A stretch of 32,000 nucleotides of DNA from Xylanibacter ruminicola 23 (GTDB lineage: Bacteria; Bacteroidota; Bacteroidia; Bacteroidales; Bacteroidaceae), in assembly GCF_000025925.1 (NCBI RefSeq), contig NC_014033.1:1230001-1262000 (forward strand), written 5' to 3'. This document shows, one piece after another, positions 22,831-32,000 of the stretch. The notes beneath the pieces were generated by a model. It had not been told where the DNA came from and did not search any database. It saw nothing but the letters and a program-made list of their open reading frames with translations. The position numbers were made by a program, and so were the translations under genes. The stretch's first letter is position 1. Every line of letters starts with the position of its first letter.

Positions 22831-24279
22831 ATGATTACATTTACAATGGTTCTGCAGCTCTGTATCGTACTTGGTGCGCTGTGGGTTGGTTCCCGTTATG
22901 GCAGTCTGGCCTTGGGAGCTATTTCGGGAATTGGATTGGCTATTCTGGTGTTTGGCTTCGGACTTAAACCAGGAACGCCACCAACAGATGTTATTTACAT
23001 CATCATTGCTGCTGTAACGTGTGCAGGAATCATGCAGGCTTCGGGCGGTATGGACTGGCTGATACAGATAGCCGAAAAGCTGCTGCGCAAGCATCCTGAC
23101 CACATCACGTTTTTTGCACCGCTATGCACATTCTTCCTGACGGTGCTGGTAGGAACAGGTCACGTGGTTTACACGCTGATGCCTATCATCTGCGACATCG
23201 CGCTTAAGAAAGGTATCCGTCCGGAGCGCCCGTGTGGTGTTGCCTCTATTGCCTCGCAGGTTGGTATCACGTGTTCGCCTATTGCTGCGGCTGTGGTGGC
23301 CTTCGTCACCATTTCTAATGCCAACCACTTCGACATCACCATTCCTCGTGTACTCATGATCAGCATTCCTGCTTGTCTTTGCGGACTGATGGCAGCTGCT
23401 GCCGCTTCGTATCATCGCGGACTTGACCTGGATAAGGATCCTGAGTTCCAGAAGAAGATTGCCGATCCTATTCAGCGCGAGTATATCTACGGTTCGAACG
23501 CTACCACACTCGACAGACAGATTCCACAGTCGGCAAAGAATGCTGTATTTATCTTCCTGGGTGCGCTGGCTGTTATCGTAGTGTTTGCTGCCCTACCCGA
23601 CCTGCTGCCTTCTTACCCCACCGTTAAGGCGGTTAAGGGTGCTGGCGACCTGACGCTTGCAAGCGGTGTTACCATCACGGCTTCGGCGCTGGCCAAAGCT
23701 GGTGTTGTGGCCGAAGGATTTACCGAGAAAGGTATGGTGGACCTGAAGATGAACTTGGTGATTCAGATTGTGATGATTTCGGCAGCTGCGCTGATGATTA
23801 TCTTCTGTAAGGCTCAACCTAAGAAGGCGGTGGCTGGTCCGGTTTGGCAATCAGGTATGGTTGCGGTAGTTGCCATCTATGGTATCGCCTGGTTGGCCGA
23901 CACATACTTCTCGAACTACATGAGCGAGATGCAGTCGATGCTGGCCGACATTGTCAAGGAATATCCATGGAGTATTGCTATCGTATTCTTCCTGGTTTCG
24001 GTGCTCATCAACTCGCAGGGTGCGGTGGTTGTAGCCATGCTGCCGTTGGCCTATAAGCTGGGTATCCCTGGTCCCGTACTGCTGGGTGTGCTGCCAGCCG
24101 TTTACGGTTACTTCTTTATCCCTAACTACCCATCGGATATCGCTACCGTTAACTTCGACCGTTCGGGCACTACGGTGATTGGTAAATACCTGCTGAACCA
24201 CTCGTTCATGATGCCTGGCTTGATTAGCGTATTCACCTCTACGATAGTAGCTTATCTGCTTTCAATGATATTCTACTAA
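22831..24279 (+). CDS. anaerobic C4-dicarboxylate transporter, DcuA/DcuB family
   Basis: 482-aa polytopic membrane ORF whose N-terminus and length resemble Dcu carriers. Confidence 0.8.
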   Translation: MITFTMVLQLCIVLGALWVGSRYGSLALGAISGIGLAILVFGFGLKPGTPPTDVIYIIIAAVTCAGIMQASGGMDWLIQIAEKLLRKHPDHITFFAPLCTFFLTVLVGTGHVVYTLMPIICDIALKKGIRPERPCGVASIASQVGITCSPIAAAVVAFVTISNANHFDITIPRVLMISIPACLCGLMAAAAASYHRGLDLDKDPEFQKKIADPIQREYIYGSNATTLDRQIPQSAKNAVFIFLGALAVIVVFAALPDLLPSYPTVKAVKGAGDLTLASGVTITASALAKAGVVAEGFTEKGMVDLKMNLVIQIVMISAAALMIIFCKAQPKKAVAGPVWQSGMVAVVAIYGIAWLADTYFSNYMSEMQSMLADIVKEYPWSIAIVFFLVSVLINSQGAVVVAMLPLAYKLGIPGPVLLGVLPAVYGYFFIPNYPSDIATVNFDRSGTTVIGKYLLNHSFMMPGLISVFTSTIVAYLLSMIFY

Positions 24280-24292
24280 AAGGTATAAAAAT

Positions 24293-24326
24293 AGCCCTCG
24301 CCGATGTGACGAGGGCTTCTTTTTTT
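24293..24326. terminator. bidirectional terminator between the convergent transporter and phosphoglucomutase genes
   Basis: Stem agccctcg (24293-24300) / cgagggct (24310-24317). A T-run follows on the plus strand and an A-run precedes the stem. Confidence 0.8.
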
Positions 24327-24337
24327 ATCTATATGCT

Positions 24338-26083
24338 TTAGAGATTCAAGCTCTTCTTCAGGGCCTCGATCTTCTCCTCGGCAGCCTTGGTGCAGCGCTC
24401 GTAATCGGCAGCATCCTTAAAGCTGGCATCCTTCACCTCGGTGTAGAACTTAATCTTTGGCTCGGTACCTGAAGGACGAACTGATACCTTTGTACCATCC
24501 TCGCAGAACCACTGCAGAACGTTGCTGGTGTCAGGCATATTCAACTTCTCAACACTACCGTCGGCCTTCTTAGCCTCCAGAGTCTTGTAGTCCTTCCACA
24601 GGCAAACCTTGCTACCACCCAGCTCCTTTGGAGGATTAGCGCGGAAGTCGGCCATCATCTGCTTAATCTCGTCGGCACCGGTCTTACCAGGACGAACCAC
24701 ATTGATGGTTACCTCCTTAGAGAATCCGTACTCCTTGTAGATATTCATCAGCAGGTCGTACAGAGTCATACCGTTATCGCGAGCCCATGCAGCAATCTCA
24801 CAAATCAAGCAGATAGATGCTGGAGAATCCTTATCGCGAACCTTATCGAATGGCAGGAATCCGAAGCTCTCCTCACCACCACCGATGTACTTCTTAACGC
24901 CCTCAGAGATGCGAATCTCGTTGGCAATCCACTTGAAGCCTGTATAGCAGTCGCGATACTCTACGCCGTTCTTCTTAGCAATCTCGGCAATCACCTCGGT
25001 AGTAACGATGGTCTTTACCAGGAACTCGTTGCCCTTGAGCTGACCGAGCTTCTTCTTGTTGGCGATGATGTACCATGAGAACATCATACAGGTCTGGTTA
25101 CCATTCAGAATCTCCCACTCGCCCTTAGCGTTGCGGCAAACGATAGCCAAACGGTCGGCATCTGGGTCAGAAGCGATTACCAGGTCGGCATTCAGGCGTG
25201 TACCAAGCTTCATACCCAGTGTCATAGCCTCGGCATTCTCGGGGTTAGGACTAACTACTGTGGGGAAGTTACCATCGATAACCATCTGCTCGGGAACCAC
25301 GTGGATATTCTGGAAGCCCCATGAACGCAGAGCCTCAGGAATAATGACGCGACCAGTTCCGTGCATGGGGCTGTAAACGATATTCAGGTCCTTCTGGCGC
25401 AGGATGACATCCTGATCAACCATAGCCTCCTTAACAGCCTGCAGGTAATCCCAGTCCATCTCACCACCGATGATGTCGATGAGCTCCTTGTTACCATTGA
25501 ACTTAACGTCCTCGATCTTTACCTTGTTAACCTCGTCGATGATACCCTTATCGTGTGGAGCCAGCACCTGAGCACCATCGTCCCAGTATGCCTTGTAGCC
25601 ATTATACTCACGAGGGTTGTGCGATGCGGTTACGTTTACGCCAGCCTGACAGCCCAGCTGACGGATGGCGAACGAAATCTCAGGTGTTGGGCGAAGGCTC
25701 TCGAACAGATAAACCTTAATGCCGTTAGCCGAGAAAATGTCTGCTACAGTCTCTGCAAACATACGACCGTTGTTGCGGCAATCGTGACCTACAACAACCG
25801 AGCTCTGCTTGCCTGGGAATGCCTTCAGGATATAGTTGGCAAAACCCTGTGTAGCCATACCTACAATGTACTTGTTCATGCGGTTGGTACCAGCACCCAT
25901 AATACCACGAAGGCCACCTGTACCAAACTCAAGATTCTGATAGAAAGCATCGATCAGCGCTGTCTTGTCAGCATTGTCGAGCATTGCCTGTACTTCCTTA
26001 CGTGTCTCCTCATCAAAGGCTGGAGAAAGCCATTCCTTAGCCCGTGCCTCGCACTGAGCAATCAGTTGAGCGTTGTCTGCCAT
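24338..26083 (-). CDS. pgm: phosphoglucomutase / phospho-sugar mutase (alpha-D-phosphohexomutase family)
   Basis: 581-aa ORF with active-site motif TASHNP (VNVTASHNPREYNGYK). Confidence 0.9.
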   Translation of the reverse strand: MADNAQLIAQCEARAKEWLSPAFDEETRKEVQAMLDNADKTALIDAFYQNLEFGTGGLRGIMGAGTNRMNKYIVGMATQGFANYILKAFPGKQSSVVVGHDCRNNGRMFAETVADIFSANGIKVYLFESLRPTPEISFAIRQLGCQAGVNVTASHNPREYNGYKAYWDDGAQVLAPHDKGIIDEVNKVKIEDVKFNGNKELIDIIGGEMDWDYLQAVKEAMVDQDVILRQKDLNIVYSPMHGTGRVIIPEALRSWGFQNIHVVPEQMVIDGNFPTVVSPNPENAEAMTLGMKLGTRLNADLVIASDPDADRLAIVCRNAKGEWEILNGNQTCMMFSWYIIANKKKLGQLKGNEFLVKTIVTTEVIAEIAKKNGVEYRDCYTGFKWIANEIRISEGVKKYIGGGEESFGFLPFDKVRDKDSPASICLICEIAAWARDNGMTLYDLLMNIYKEYGFSKEVTINVVRPGKTGADEIKQMMADFRANPPKELGGSKVCLWKDYKTLEAKKADGSVEKLNMPDTSNVLQWFCEDGTKVSVRPSGTEPKIKFYTEVKDASFKDAADYERCTKAAEEKIEALKKSLNL

Positions 26084-26209
26084 AATCTTTCTGTTTTATT
26101 TCTTTAGATTATAAATAAATTCTATTTTGCGAAATTACAAAAATAAAACGAGAAACGACCTAAATCATCTCTCGTTTTATAATTCATTAACTAATTAATT
26201 CTTCTTATC

Positions 26210-27394
26210 TTACTTCTTCAGCAGTTTATCGATTTCATCAAACTGTTTACCCATATTCAGGTTGAAGTAGATGCGATATAATGCGGGCGCCCACTTATCG
26301 AGCTCGCTTGGAGCCATTTCGCGATATTTTTCCATATAGGGGCGAGCCTTTTCGTACATCTTCAGAATCTGCTTCTTGTTCTTTCGGGGATCCATGCGCT
26401 GGGCAATGTTCAAGCAGGCCAAACCGGCTGTGTAATAAATGTCGGGCTGCTCTGGGTTTACCTCAATCAGCTGCTCGCTGAACTTCAGGCAGTCGTTATA
26501 CTTCTTCATGTTCAGCATCACGGTGCTCTTGGCAAACAGATACAGCTCGTTGAGCGAGTCGATAGCCAATGCCTCGTTAACCACACTGTCAGCCATCTGA
26601 TAGTTGCCGCGAGTGTTGTAAACATCCATCAGTCGGGGAAAGAAGTAGTTGGATTTGGGGTACTTCTTAAAGCCCTGCCAAAGGGTTGCGATATGCATCG
26701 AGTCGTCGTCGAGTTTATCCCATGCTTCGGCCATATACTGCAAGGTGTACTCCAGCTTCTGCTCGTCGCGCTGGGCTGTAGCTGCATGGCGCAGGGTAAG
26801 TACAGGGTCGTTCAAGCGATAGCCGCAATAGGTAGCCCAGTAAGCCACCTCGCCCATCTTGGGGTCCTTGTACATATAGTCGTAGCCTGTAAACAACGGC
26901 TGTCGGTCGCAGTCGAGATAGGTCTCAAAGAATTCAAGTGCGGTCATGAAATCGCCCTTCTTGAGATGGTGGGCGCCTCCGTAATAGATATTGGGGCGAT
27001 AACCATTCATCTTGGCAGCGTTATCCTTGCGATATTCGGGGTGCGAGTTACCTTTCTTGTCGGGTATGGCATCGATAGAATCCAATTTCTCGGCTACGGT
27101 AAACATACGCTTAGCCAGATTAAAGAAGGCAGCTGTATCAACCTTCTGCTTGATATACATCTTCTCGTTAATGGCCAGATACTGCTTCTCAACCGACTGC
27201 AACCAGATGTCGTATATACGTACGTTCTGCTGGTTGGCAGAATCCTTCAGCAAGTCGGTCATCAGCTTCTCTGCCTGCTCTAAATTCTTCCCACTCTTCA
27301 GTATGGTTCGTGCTTCGCCAATCTGCTTACGCTGAGCGCTCATAGGGGCACTCATTATCACGCAGCTTATGGCCATAATTATCAATCTCTTCAT
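26210..27394 (-). CDS. secreted TPR-repeat-like protein
   Basis: 394-aa ORF. Signal peptide MKRLIIMAISCVIMSAPMSAQ followed by helical-repeat-like composition. Confidence 0.65.
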   Translation of the reverse strand: MKRLIIMAISCVIMSAPMSAQRKQIGEARTILKSGKNLEQAEKLMTDLLKDSANQQNVRIYDIWLQSVEKQYLAINEKMYIKQKVDTAAFFNLAKRMFTVAEKLDSIDAIPDKKGNSHPEYRKDNAAKMNGYRPNIYYGGAHHLKKGDFMTALEFFETYLDCDRQPLFTGYDYMYKDPKMGEVAYWATYCGYRLNDPVLTLRHAATAQRDEQKLEYTLQYMAEAWDKLDDDSMHIATLWQGFKKYPKSNYFFPRLMDVYNTRGNYQMADSVVNEALAIDSLNELYLFAKSTVMLNMKKYNDCLKFSEQLIEVNPEQPDIYYTAGLACLNIAQRMDPRKNKKQILKMYEKARPYMEKYREMAPSELDKWAPALYRIYFNLNMGKQFDEIDKLLKK

Positions 27395-27428
27395 CCAGTT
27401 TATACCTTATTATATATATAAGCGGGTG

Positions 27429-27436
27429 CAAAGGTA
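27429..27436 (-). promoter_or_regulatory. -7 box (TACCTTTG on minus strand) for the TPR gene
   Basis: Plus-strand caaaggta lies 35 nt upstream of ATG 27394. Confidence 0.55.
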
Positions 27437-27455
27437 TAAAAAAATGCTTAAAATG

Positions 27456-27486
27456 TTTGCAAACTACAGATTTTTTAGTATTTTTG
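27456..27486 (+). promoter_or_regulatory. promoter (-33 TTTG, -7 TATTTTTG) for the 163-aa gene
   Basis: TTTG at 27456-27459 and TATTTTTG at 27479-27486 with 19-nt spacing. Confidence 0.55.
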
Positions 27487-27520
27487 CATCGTATTTATCA
27501 ACTAATAACCTATTTGGGGC

Positions 27521-28012
27521 ATGAAAAAGAAATATCTTTTATTGGGTTACGCAGTTATTGCGCTTTGTATTTTTATTATTCTATTAGCCATCACTGTTAC
27601 GTCAATTGCAGGCGCTCAGGGAGCGCGAAACCATATGGCCAATCCAGAGAATCGTAAAGGTATCTACGATACGGCCGCCAAAGTGAGCAGAGATACTGGA
27701 CTGAAGTTCCCGGAGTTCCGCATTAAGGAGCACAAACCTGGCGAATATCTGGAAGGTGGACAGTTCCGCGATACTCTGATTGTGTATTTCTACAAGGGTA
27801 TCCCCGACTCTGTTTATCGCTCGTTCGAAGAGCGTGCTAAGAGCATCGAGGCTGGTAACGACAGCTGCAAGAGCGTAGAGATCGACAGCGTTACTTATAA
27901 CTATCAGGACTTTTATGTAGGTGGTTTCTCAAGCTATGTAGGTGTGCAGGTATCCAGGAATTCGCCTTACGGTCGCATCATCTTCGGCAACTGGAAGCCA
28001 GCTAAGAAGTAG
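27521..28012 (+). CDS. membrane-anchored hypothetical protein
   Basis: 163-aa ORF with one N-terminal TM helix (LLLGYAVIALCIFIILLAITV). No recognisable domain. Confidence 0.65.
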   Translation: MKKKYLLLGYAVIALCIFIILLAITVTSIAGAQGARNHMANPENRKGIYDTAAKVSRDTGLKFPEFRIKEHKPGEYLEGGQFRDTLIVYFYKGIPDSVYRSFEERAKSIEAGNDSCKSVEIDSVTYNYQDFYVGGFSSYVGVQVSRNSPYGRIIFGNWKPAKK

Positions 28013-28047
28013 TTTGGTATAAACTTTGCAAAGATTTCAAGGAAAAG

Positions 28048-28079
28048 TTTGGTAGGTTCGAAAAAAATAACTACCTTTG
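28048..28079 (+). promoter_or_regulatory. tRNA promoter (-33 TTTG, -7 TACCTTTG)
   Basis: TTTG at 28048-28051 and TACCTTTG at 28072-28079 with 20-nt spacing. The tRNA 5' end lies 35 nt downstream. Confidence 0.6.
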
Positions 28080-28113
28080 CAGCCGATTTCTTAAAAAGAA
28101 GTCAAACAAGGCT

Positions 28114-28187
28114 GGTTCGGTAGCTCAGCTGGATAGAGCAACTGCCTTCTAAGCAGTAGGTCTTGGGTTCGAGCCCCAACCGAATCA
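28114..28187 (+). tRNA. tRNA-Arg (anticodon TCT)
   Basis: Hand-folded 74-nt cloverleaf. Acceptor GGTTCGG/CCGAATC (one G-U pair), D arm GCTC/GAGC, anticodon stem ACTGC/GCAGT with loop CTTCTAA, T arm TTGGG/CCCAA with loop TTCGAGC, discriminator A. No encoded CCA. Confidence 0.92.
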
Positions 28188-28191
28188 CAAC

Positions 28192-28222
28192 AAAAAAGGT
28201 TAGCGAGTTGCTAACCTTTTTT
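28192..28222. terminator. bidirectional terminator after the tRNA, convergent with the thioesterase gene
   Basis: Stem ggttagc (28198-28204) / gctaacc (28210-28216), extended by A-run/T-run pairing. T-rich on both strands. Confidence 0.75.
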
Positions 28223-28227
28223 GTTGT

Positions 28228-28968
28228 TTACTTAAATATTACCTTGCTTCGGCAACATTCGGTATCGCCATCTTTGCAGATGCGGATGCAATATTCGTTC
28301 TCGCCTGTCTGCATGCGGTAGAACGAGAGCGTATCACCCTGATGGGCCTCGGCTACGTAAGCTATTTCGAAACGCTTAATCTGATGCTCACGATACCAAT
28401 CCAAATCCCATAAGTCGAGCACATGCTCGATGTACTTCACGGAATTGATATGCCCATTGATATCTACATCGTTATATTTGGTTTCTACTGTACCAACCAG
28501 CTGGGCGCTATCGTCCATCTTTACACGACCGCCTTTATCAATGGGGCATTCCTTGTCATCTACAATCCAGTTGTTGATGGCACCGTTGTCAATCGCAAAG
28601 ATATCGGTTGGCTGGCGGGTTTCGGTATCAATCATGGCCCAGATACTGCGTCCGTAGCCATATACCTTACCATCCTCGCCTACTACACGGAAGTTACGAC
28701 TGGTAAAGAAACGCATAGCACTCTCAACCCATGTCTCAACATTAAACTTAGTGTACATCTGTGGCATCTCGTCCATCTCGATGGCCAGTCGTGAGAGTAC
28801 CCACGAACGCTTGATGGTCATGAGATATTTCATGCCAAAACCACGTGCCGACGAGTGATAATCGGCTGCATTCAGCATGTGATTGCCCATATGGCCCATA
28901 AACAATCGCTGCGAAAAGTCGCAGTGAAAGGGCTCTGCTAAAAATTCATATTTTCCTACTTTATCCAT
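28228..28968 (-). CDS. acyl-[acyl-carrier-protein] thioesterase
   Basis: 246-aa ORF with hotdog-fold FatA/B-like layout. It sits at the end of the ilv cluster, as is typical in Bacteroidales. Overlaps the ilvN stop by 8 nt. Confidence 0.8.
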   Translation of the reverse strand: MDKVGKYEFLAEPFHCDFSQRLFMGHMGNHMLNAADYHSSARGFGMKYLMTIKRSWVLSRLAIEMDEMPQMYTKFNVETWVESAMRFFTSRNFRVVGEDGKVYGYGRSIWAMIDTETRQPTDIFAIDNGAINNWIVDDKECPIDKGGRVKMDDSAQLVGTVETKYNDVDINGHINSVKYIEHVLDLWDLDWYREHQIKRFEIAYVAEAHQGDTLSFYRMQTGENEYCIRICKDGDTECCRSKVIFK

Positions 28969-29503
28969 TCTCCTGTCTCGACTCTAAGAATTCACTAACC
29001 TGCTCCTGCATACCACGGGTTACGGCAATACGTCCGCTACGGGTGTACTGTAGCACGCAACCAAACGTGTCGAGGGCGCGGAACAACGAAATAATATCCT
29101 CGGTTACACCATGCATCTGTACAATGGTATAGGTGGGATTCACCTCGATCATGCTGGCCTGGAACCTGCGGATAGTACGCGATATCTCAGGATTCTCGAG
29201 CACCATCGGGGTTGACAGCTTGTAAAGACCCGATTCACGGATAAACAGCTGTTCGTCGGTAAAGAAGTTGGCCTTTACCACATCTATCTTCTTCTCAATC
29301 TGACGGGTAATCTTTACTATCTGATCTTCGTTGCTCCAAGCAGTGATGGTGTACTTATGTACGCCAGGAATACTTGATGCCGATACATTCAAGCTCTCGA
29401 TATTTACTTGGCGACGGGTGAACACAGCTGTAATCTGATTCAGAATACCAGCCACATTCTCCGAGTAAACCAGCAGTGTATATAATTTCTTCTTATTTTC
29501 CAT
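28961..29503 (-). CDS. ilvN: acetolactate synthase small (regulatory) subunit
   Basis: ACT-domain N-terminus LYTLLVYSENVAGILNQITAVFTRRQVNIESLNV. The start is set at ATG 29503, because the ORF-track start at 29512 is a TTG three codons upstream. Confidence 0.88.
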   Translation of the reverse strand: MENKKKLYTLLVYSENVAGILNQITAVFTRRQVNIESLNVSASSIPGVHKYTITAWSNEDQIVKITRQIEKKIDVVKANFFTDEQLFIRESGLYKLSTPMVLENPEISRTIRRFQASMIEVNPTYTIVQMHGVTEDIISLFRALDTFGCVLQYTRSGRIAVTRGMQEQVSEFLESRQENG

Positions 29504-29517
29504 AATTATCAAAACTA

Positions 29518-31224
29518 TTAAATCTCAAGCTGCATTTTGTCAACGTCCATACCTGGAGGTGTCATTGGCAGAACATTATCCTCCTCGAGGATGGCGCACT
29601 CCAGCAGGAATGGGCCATCGGTAGTAAGCATCTTCTTTACAAGGCCGGGCAGATCCTTACGATCGACTGCTGCCGCATAGTTAATACCATAACCTTTGGC
29701 AATGAGCTCGTAGTTAGGGTTCATCATCTTGGTGAACGATTTACGGCGCATCCAGAACATATCCTGCCACTGGCGTACGTTACCCAGGTAGTGATTGTTC
29801 ATCACAATCATCTTTACAGGCTTCTGCTGCTCCATGATGGTGCCCAGTTCCTGAATACACATCTGGAATCCGCCATCGCCCATAAAGCAGCATACCGTAC
29901 GGTTAGGGTCGGCAAACGTAGCACCGATGGCTGCGGGCAGACCGTAGCCCATAGTTCCTAAACCACCGCTGGTACACAAACTGCGCTTGTGGTGATACTT
30001 AAAGTAACGGGTTGCAAACAGCTGGTTCTGACCAACATCCGTAACAAGAATGGTATCGTCTGGAGACATCTCGGCTACCACGTTTACTACCTCGCCCATC
30101 TTCAGCGGACCTTCGGTTGGATGGATGGCGGGCTCGATGACCTTTTCGCGCTCCATAGCGTCTAACTCCTTAAACGAGTCGCGCCACTTCTGATGGTCGT
30201 TGGCCTCAATCAGCGCTGTGATAGCAGGTAACGATTCCTTACAATCAGCTACTACAGCTACGTCGGTCTTTACGTTCTTATCTATCTCGCTACGATCGAT
30301 ATCCAAGTGAATAATCTTGGCCTGTTTGGCGTAGGTTTTCAAATTACCAGTTACGCGATCGCTGAAACGCATACCGATAGCAATCAGCACATCGCACTCC
30401 TGCTCCTTCAGGTTCACGGCATAGTTACCGTGCATACCCAGCATACCCACATTGAGTGGATGATTTGATGGCAATGCCGAGAGGCCTAACATGGTACGAC
30501 CAGCAGGGATATCAGCCTTTTCGAGGAATGCCTGTAGCTCTTTCTGTGCATTACCCAGCTCTACACCCTGACCAACAAGAGCCAAAGGTTTCTTGGCATT
30601 ATTAATCAGTTCGGCAGCCTTGCGTACAGCCTCGTTATCCAGCTTTGGATAAGGTACATACGAACGAATGAAGTCGCACTTCATGGGCTCCCAGTCGATC
30701 TCCTCTACCTGTGCGTTCTTGGTAAAATCGAGTACCACAGGACCAGGACGACCCGTACGGGCAATATAGAAAGCACGACTTACAGCCCAGGCAACATCTT
30801 CGGCATGACGAATCTGGTAGCTCCACTTTGAGATAGGCTGCGATACGCCAACCAAATCTACCTCCTGGAAGAAGTCAGTACCCAGAGCGCCTGTTGGCAC
30901 CTGACCGGCAATCACCACAATAGGTGTAGAGTCCATCATGGCATCGGCAATACCTGTTAACGTATTGGTGACACCAGGGCCGCTGGTTACCAAAACTACA
31001 CCTACCTCGCCACTAACGCGGGCATAGCCCTCAGCGGCATGGGTTGCACCTTGTTCGTGGCGCACCAATATATGGTCGAAACATTTCTTTTCGCCTCGTG
31101 TATAATCAAAGAGCGCATCGTAGGTAGGCATGATCGAACCGCCGGGATAACCAAAAATGGTTTTTACACCCTCGGCCTTCAACGCCCTCATCAGCGCCTT
31201 TGCACCTGTTATTCTATCCTTCAT
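29518..31224 (-). CDS. ilvB: acetolactate synthase large (catalytic) subunit, ThDP-dependent
   Basis: 568-aa ORF with a ThDP-binding GDGGFQM...NN motif and AHAS-typical N-terminus. Confidence 0.93.
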   Translation of the reverse strand: MKDRITGAKALMRALKAEGVKTIFGYPGGSIMPTYDALFDYTRGEKKCFDHILVRHEQGATHAAEGYARVSGEVGVVLVTSGPGVTNTLTGIADAMMDSTPIVVIAGQVPTGALGTDFFQEVDLVGVSQPISKWSYQIRHAEDVAWAVSRAFYIARTGRPGPVVLDFTKNAQVEEIDWEPMKCDFIRSYVPYPKLDNEAVRKAAELINNAKKPLALVGQGVELGNAQKELQAFLEKADIPAGRTMLGLSALPSNHPLNVGMLGMHGNYAVNLKEQECDVLIAIGMRFSDRVTGNLKTYAKQAKIIHLDIDRSEIDKNVKTDVAVVADCKESLPAITALIEANDHQKWRDSFKELDAMEREKVIEPAIHPTEGPLKMGEVVNVVAEMSPDDTILVTDVGQNQLFATRYFKYHHKRSLCTSGGLGTMGYGLPAAIGATFADPNRTVCCFMGDGGFQMCIQELGTIMEQQKPVKMIVMNNHYLGNVRQWQDMFWMRRKSFTKMMNPNYELIAKGYGINYAAAVDRKDLPGLVKKMLTTDGPFLLECAILEEDNVLPMTPPGMDVDKMQLEI

Positions 31225-31252
31225 AATTCATTGTACATTGATCATTGACCAT

Positions 31253-32000
31253 TTAGTCGATTATTCTAACACCGCCTTTATCGGCACTCGATACGCTCTG
31301 GGCGTAGGCGCGCAATGCCTTGCTAACCACGCGGTTACGCTTAAGTGGCTGCTGTGGGCGTGCAGCCAGCTCGTCGTCGCTCAGTTTTACGCTGATAGAA
31401 CGACTGGGGATATCAATCACGATGATATCGCCATCCTTTACCTTGCCGATGTTACCACCATTGGCAGCCTCGGGTGAGATATGACCGATACTCAAACCTG
31501 ATGTACCACCCGAGAAACGACCATCGGTAATCAGCGCACACTCCTTACCCAGGTGCATGCTCTTAATATAGCTGGTAGGATACAGCATCTCCTGCATACC
31601 AGGACCTCCCTTTGGTCCCTCGTGGGTAATCACCACGCAGTCGCCACTCTTTACCTTGCCACCCAGAATGCCCTCGCAGGCATCCTCTTGTGAGTCGAAC
31701 ACCACAGCAGGGCCCTCGAAGTGCCACAGACTCTCATCTACACCAGCGGTCTTAACTACGCAACCGTCCTGGGCAATGTTACCAAACAGTACGGCCAGTC
31801 CGCCATCCTTGGTGTAAGCATGGGCCAAGTCGCGGATACAACCGTTTTCGCGGTCGGTATCAAGTGTGCCCCACTCTTCGCTCTGCGATCCCATCTTGGT
31901 TGAGAAGCGATTGCCAGGAGCCGTCTGATAAATGCGATTAGCTTCGGCATCTACAGCACCATCCACAATACTATATTTCTGCATGGCCTCGTTGAGTGTC
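31253..32000 (-). CDS. ilvD: dihydroxy-acid dehydratase, C-terminal part (gene continues beyond the window)
   Basis: The C-terminal region carries [27 protein letters not shown]. The reading frame stays open to the window edge, so the ORF-track Met at 31984 is internal. Confidence 0.9.
   Translation of the reverse strand, partial: TLNEAMQKYSIVDGAVDAEANRIYQTAPGNRFSTKMGSQSEEWGTLDTDRENGCIRDLAHAYTKDGGLAVLFGNIAQDGCVVKTAGVDESLWHFEGPAVVFDSQEDACEGILGGKVKSGDCVVITHEGPKGGPGMQEMLYPTSYIKSMHLGKECALITDGRFSGGTSGLSIGHISPEAANGGNIGKVKDGDIIVIDIPSRSISVKLSDDELAARPQQPLKRNRVVSKALRAYAQSVSSADKGGVRIID

Noticed and set aside
22786-23103. A 105-aa minus-strand ORF overlapping the start of the Dcu-type transporter gene.
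   Set aside because: It is antisense to the transporter gene and its promoter region, with no promoter box of its own and a low-complexity product.

Overview
Bacteroidota-type chromosome segment. Nearly every gene is preceded by a TAnnTTTG -7 promoter box, there are no Shine-Dalgarno sites, and an HU-like gene sits next to a tiny smalltalk-like gene. This points to a Prevotella/Bacteroides relative.

The left ~11.3 kb looks accessory. It starts with a translationally coupled, AT-richer three-gene operon on the minus strand: a DUF4007-like protein, a 1074-aa P-loop ATPase and a PP-loop PAPS-reductase-family enzyme. This matches the SspB-SspC-SspD DNA phosphorothioation module. No sspA and no recognisable SspE/SspFGH partner is in the window, and the window edge lies only 13 nt beyond the operon. 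A ~320-nt untranslated leader with a 128-nt four-tier hairpin precedes the operon.

The rest of the accessory region contains:
- a 45-aa convergent small ORF with a canonical promoter
- a 368-aa orphan protein and an AlbA_2/HATPase_c_4/wHTH protein, whose promoter regions share a duplicated ~75-bp sequence
- a 135-aa protein
- a calcineurin-type metallophosphoesterase
- a 42-bp perfect palindrome inside an imperfect inverted repeat
- HU-like and smalltalk-like genes bracketed by ACATTAA heptamer arrays

The right ~21 kb is ordinary housekeeping: proS, a paaK-like ligase, rsmE, a NupG-type permease, a DUF4296-like lipoprotein, lspA, a DksA/TraR-like protein, ileS, a Dcu-type transporter, phosphoglucomutase, a TPR protein, tRNA-Arg(TCT), acyl-ACP thioesterase, ilvN, ilvB and partial ilvD.

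No rRNA, CRISPR array, transposase or integrase was seen. All domain calls rest on motif recognition by eye, with no searches run. The best candidates for something new are the unpartnered Ssp-like module with its structured leader, and the co-regulated orphan/AlbA_2 pair next to it.
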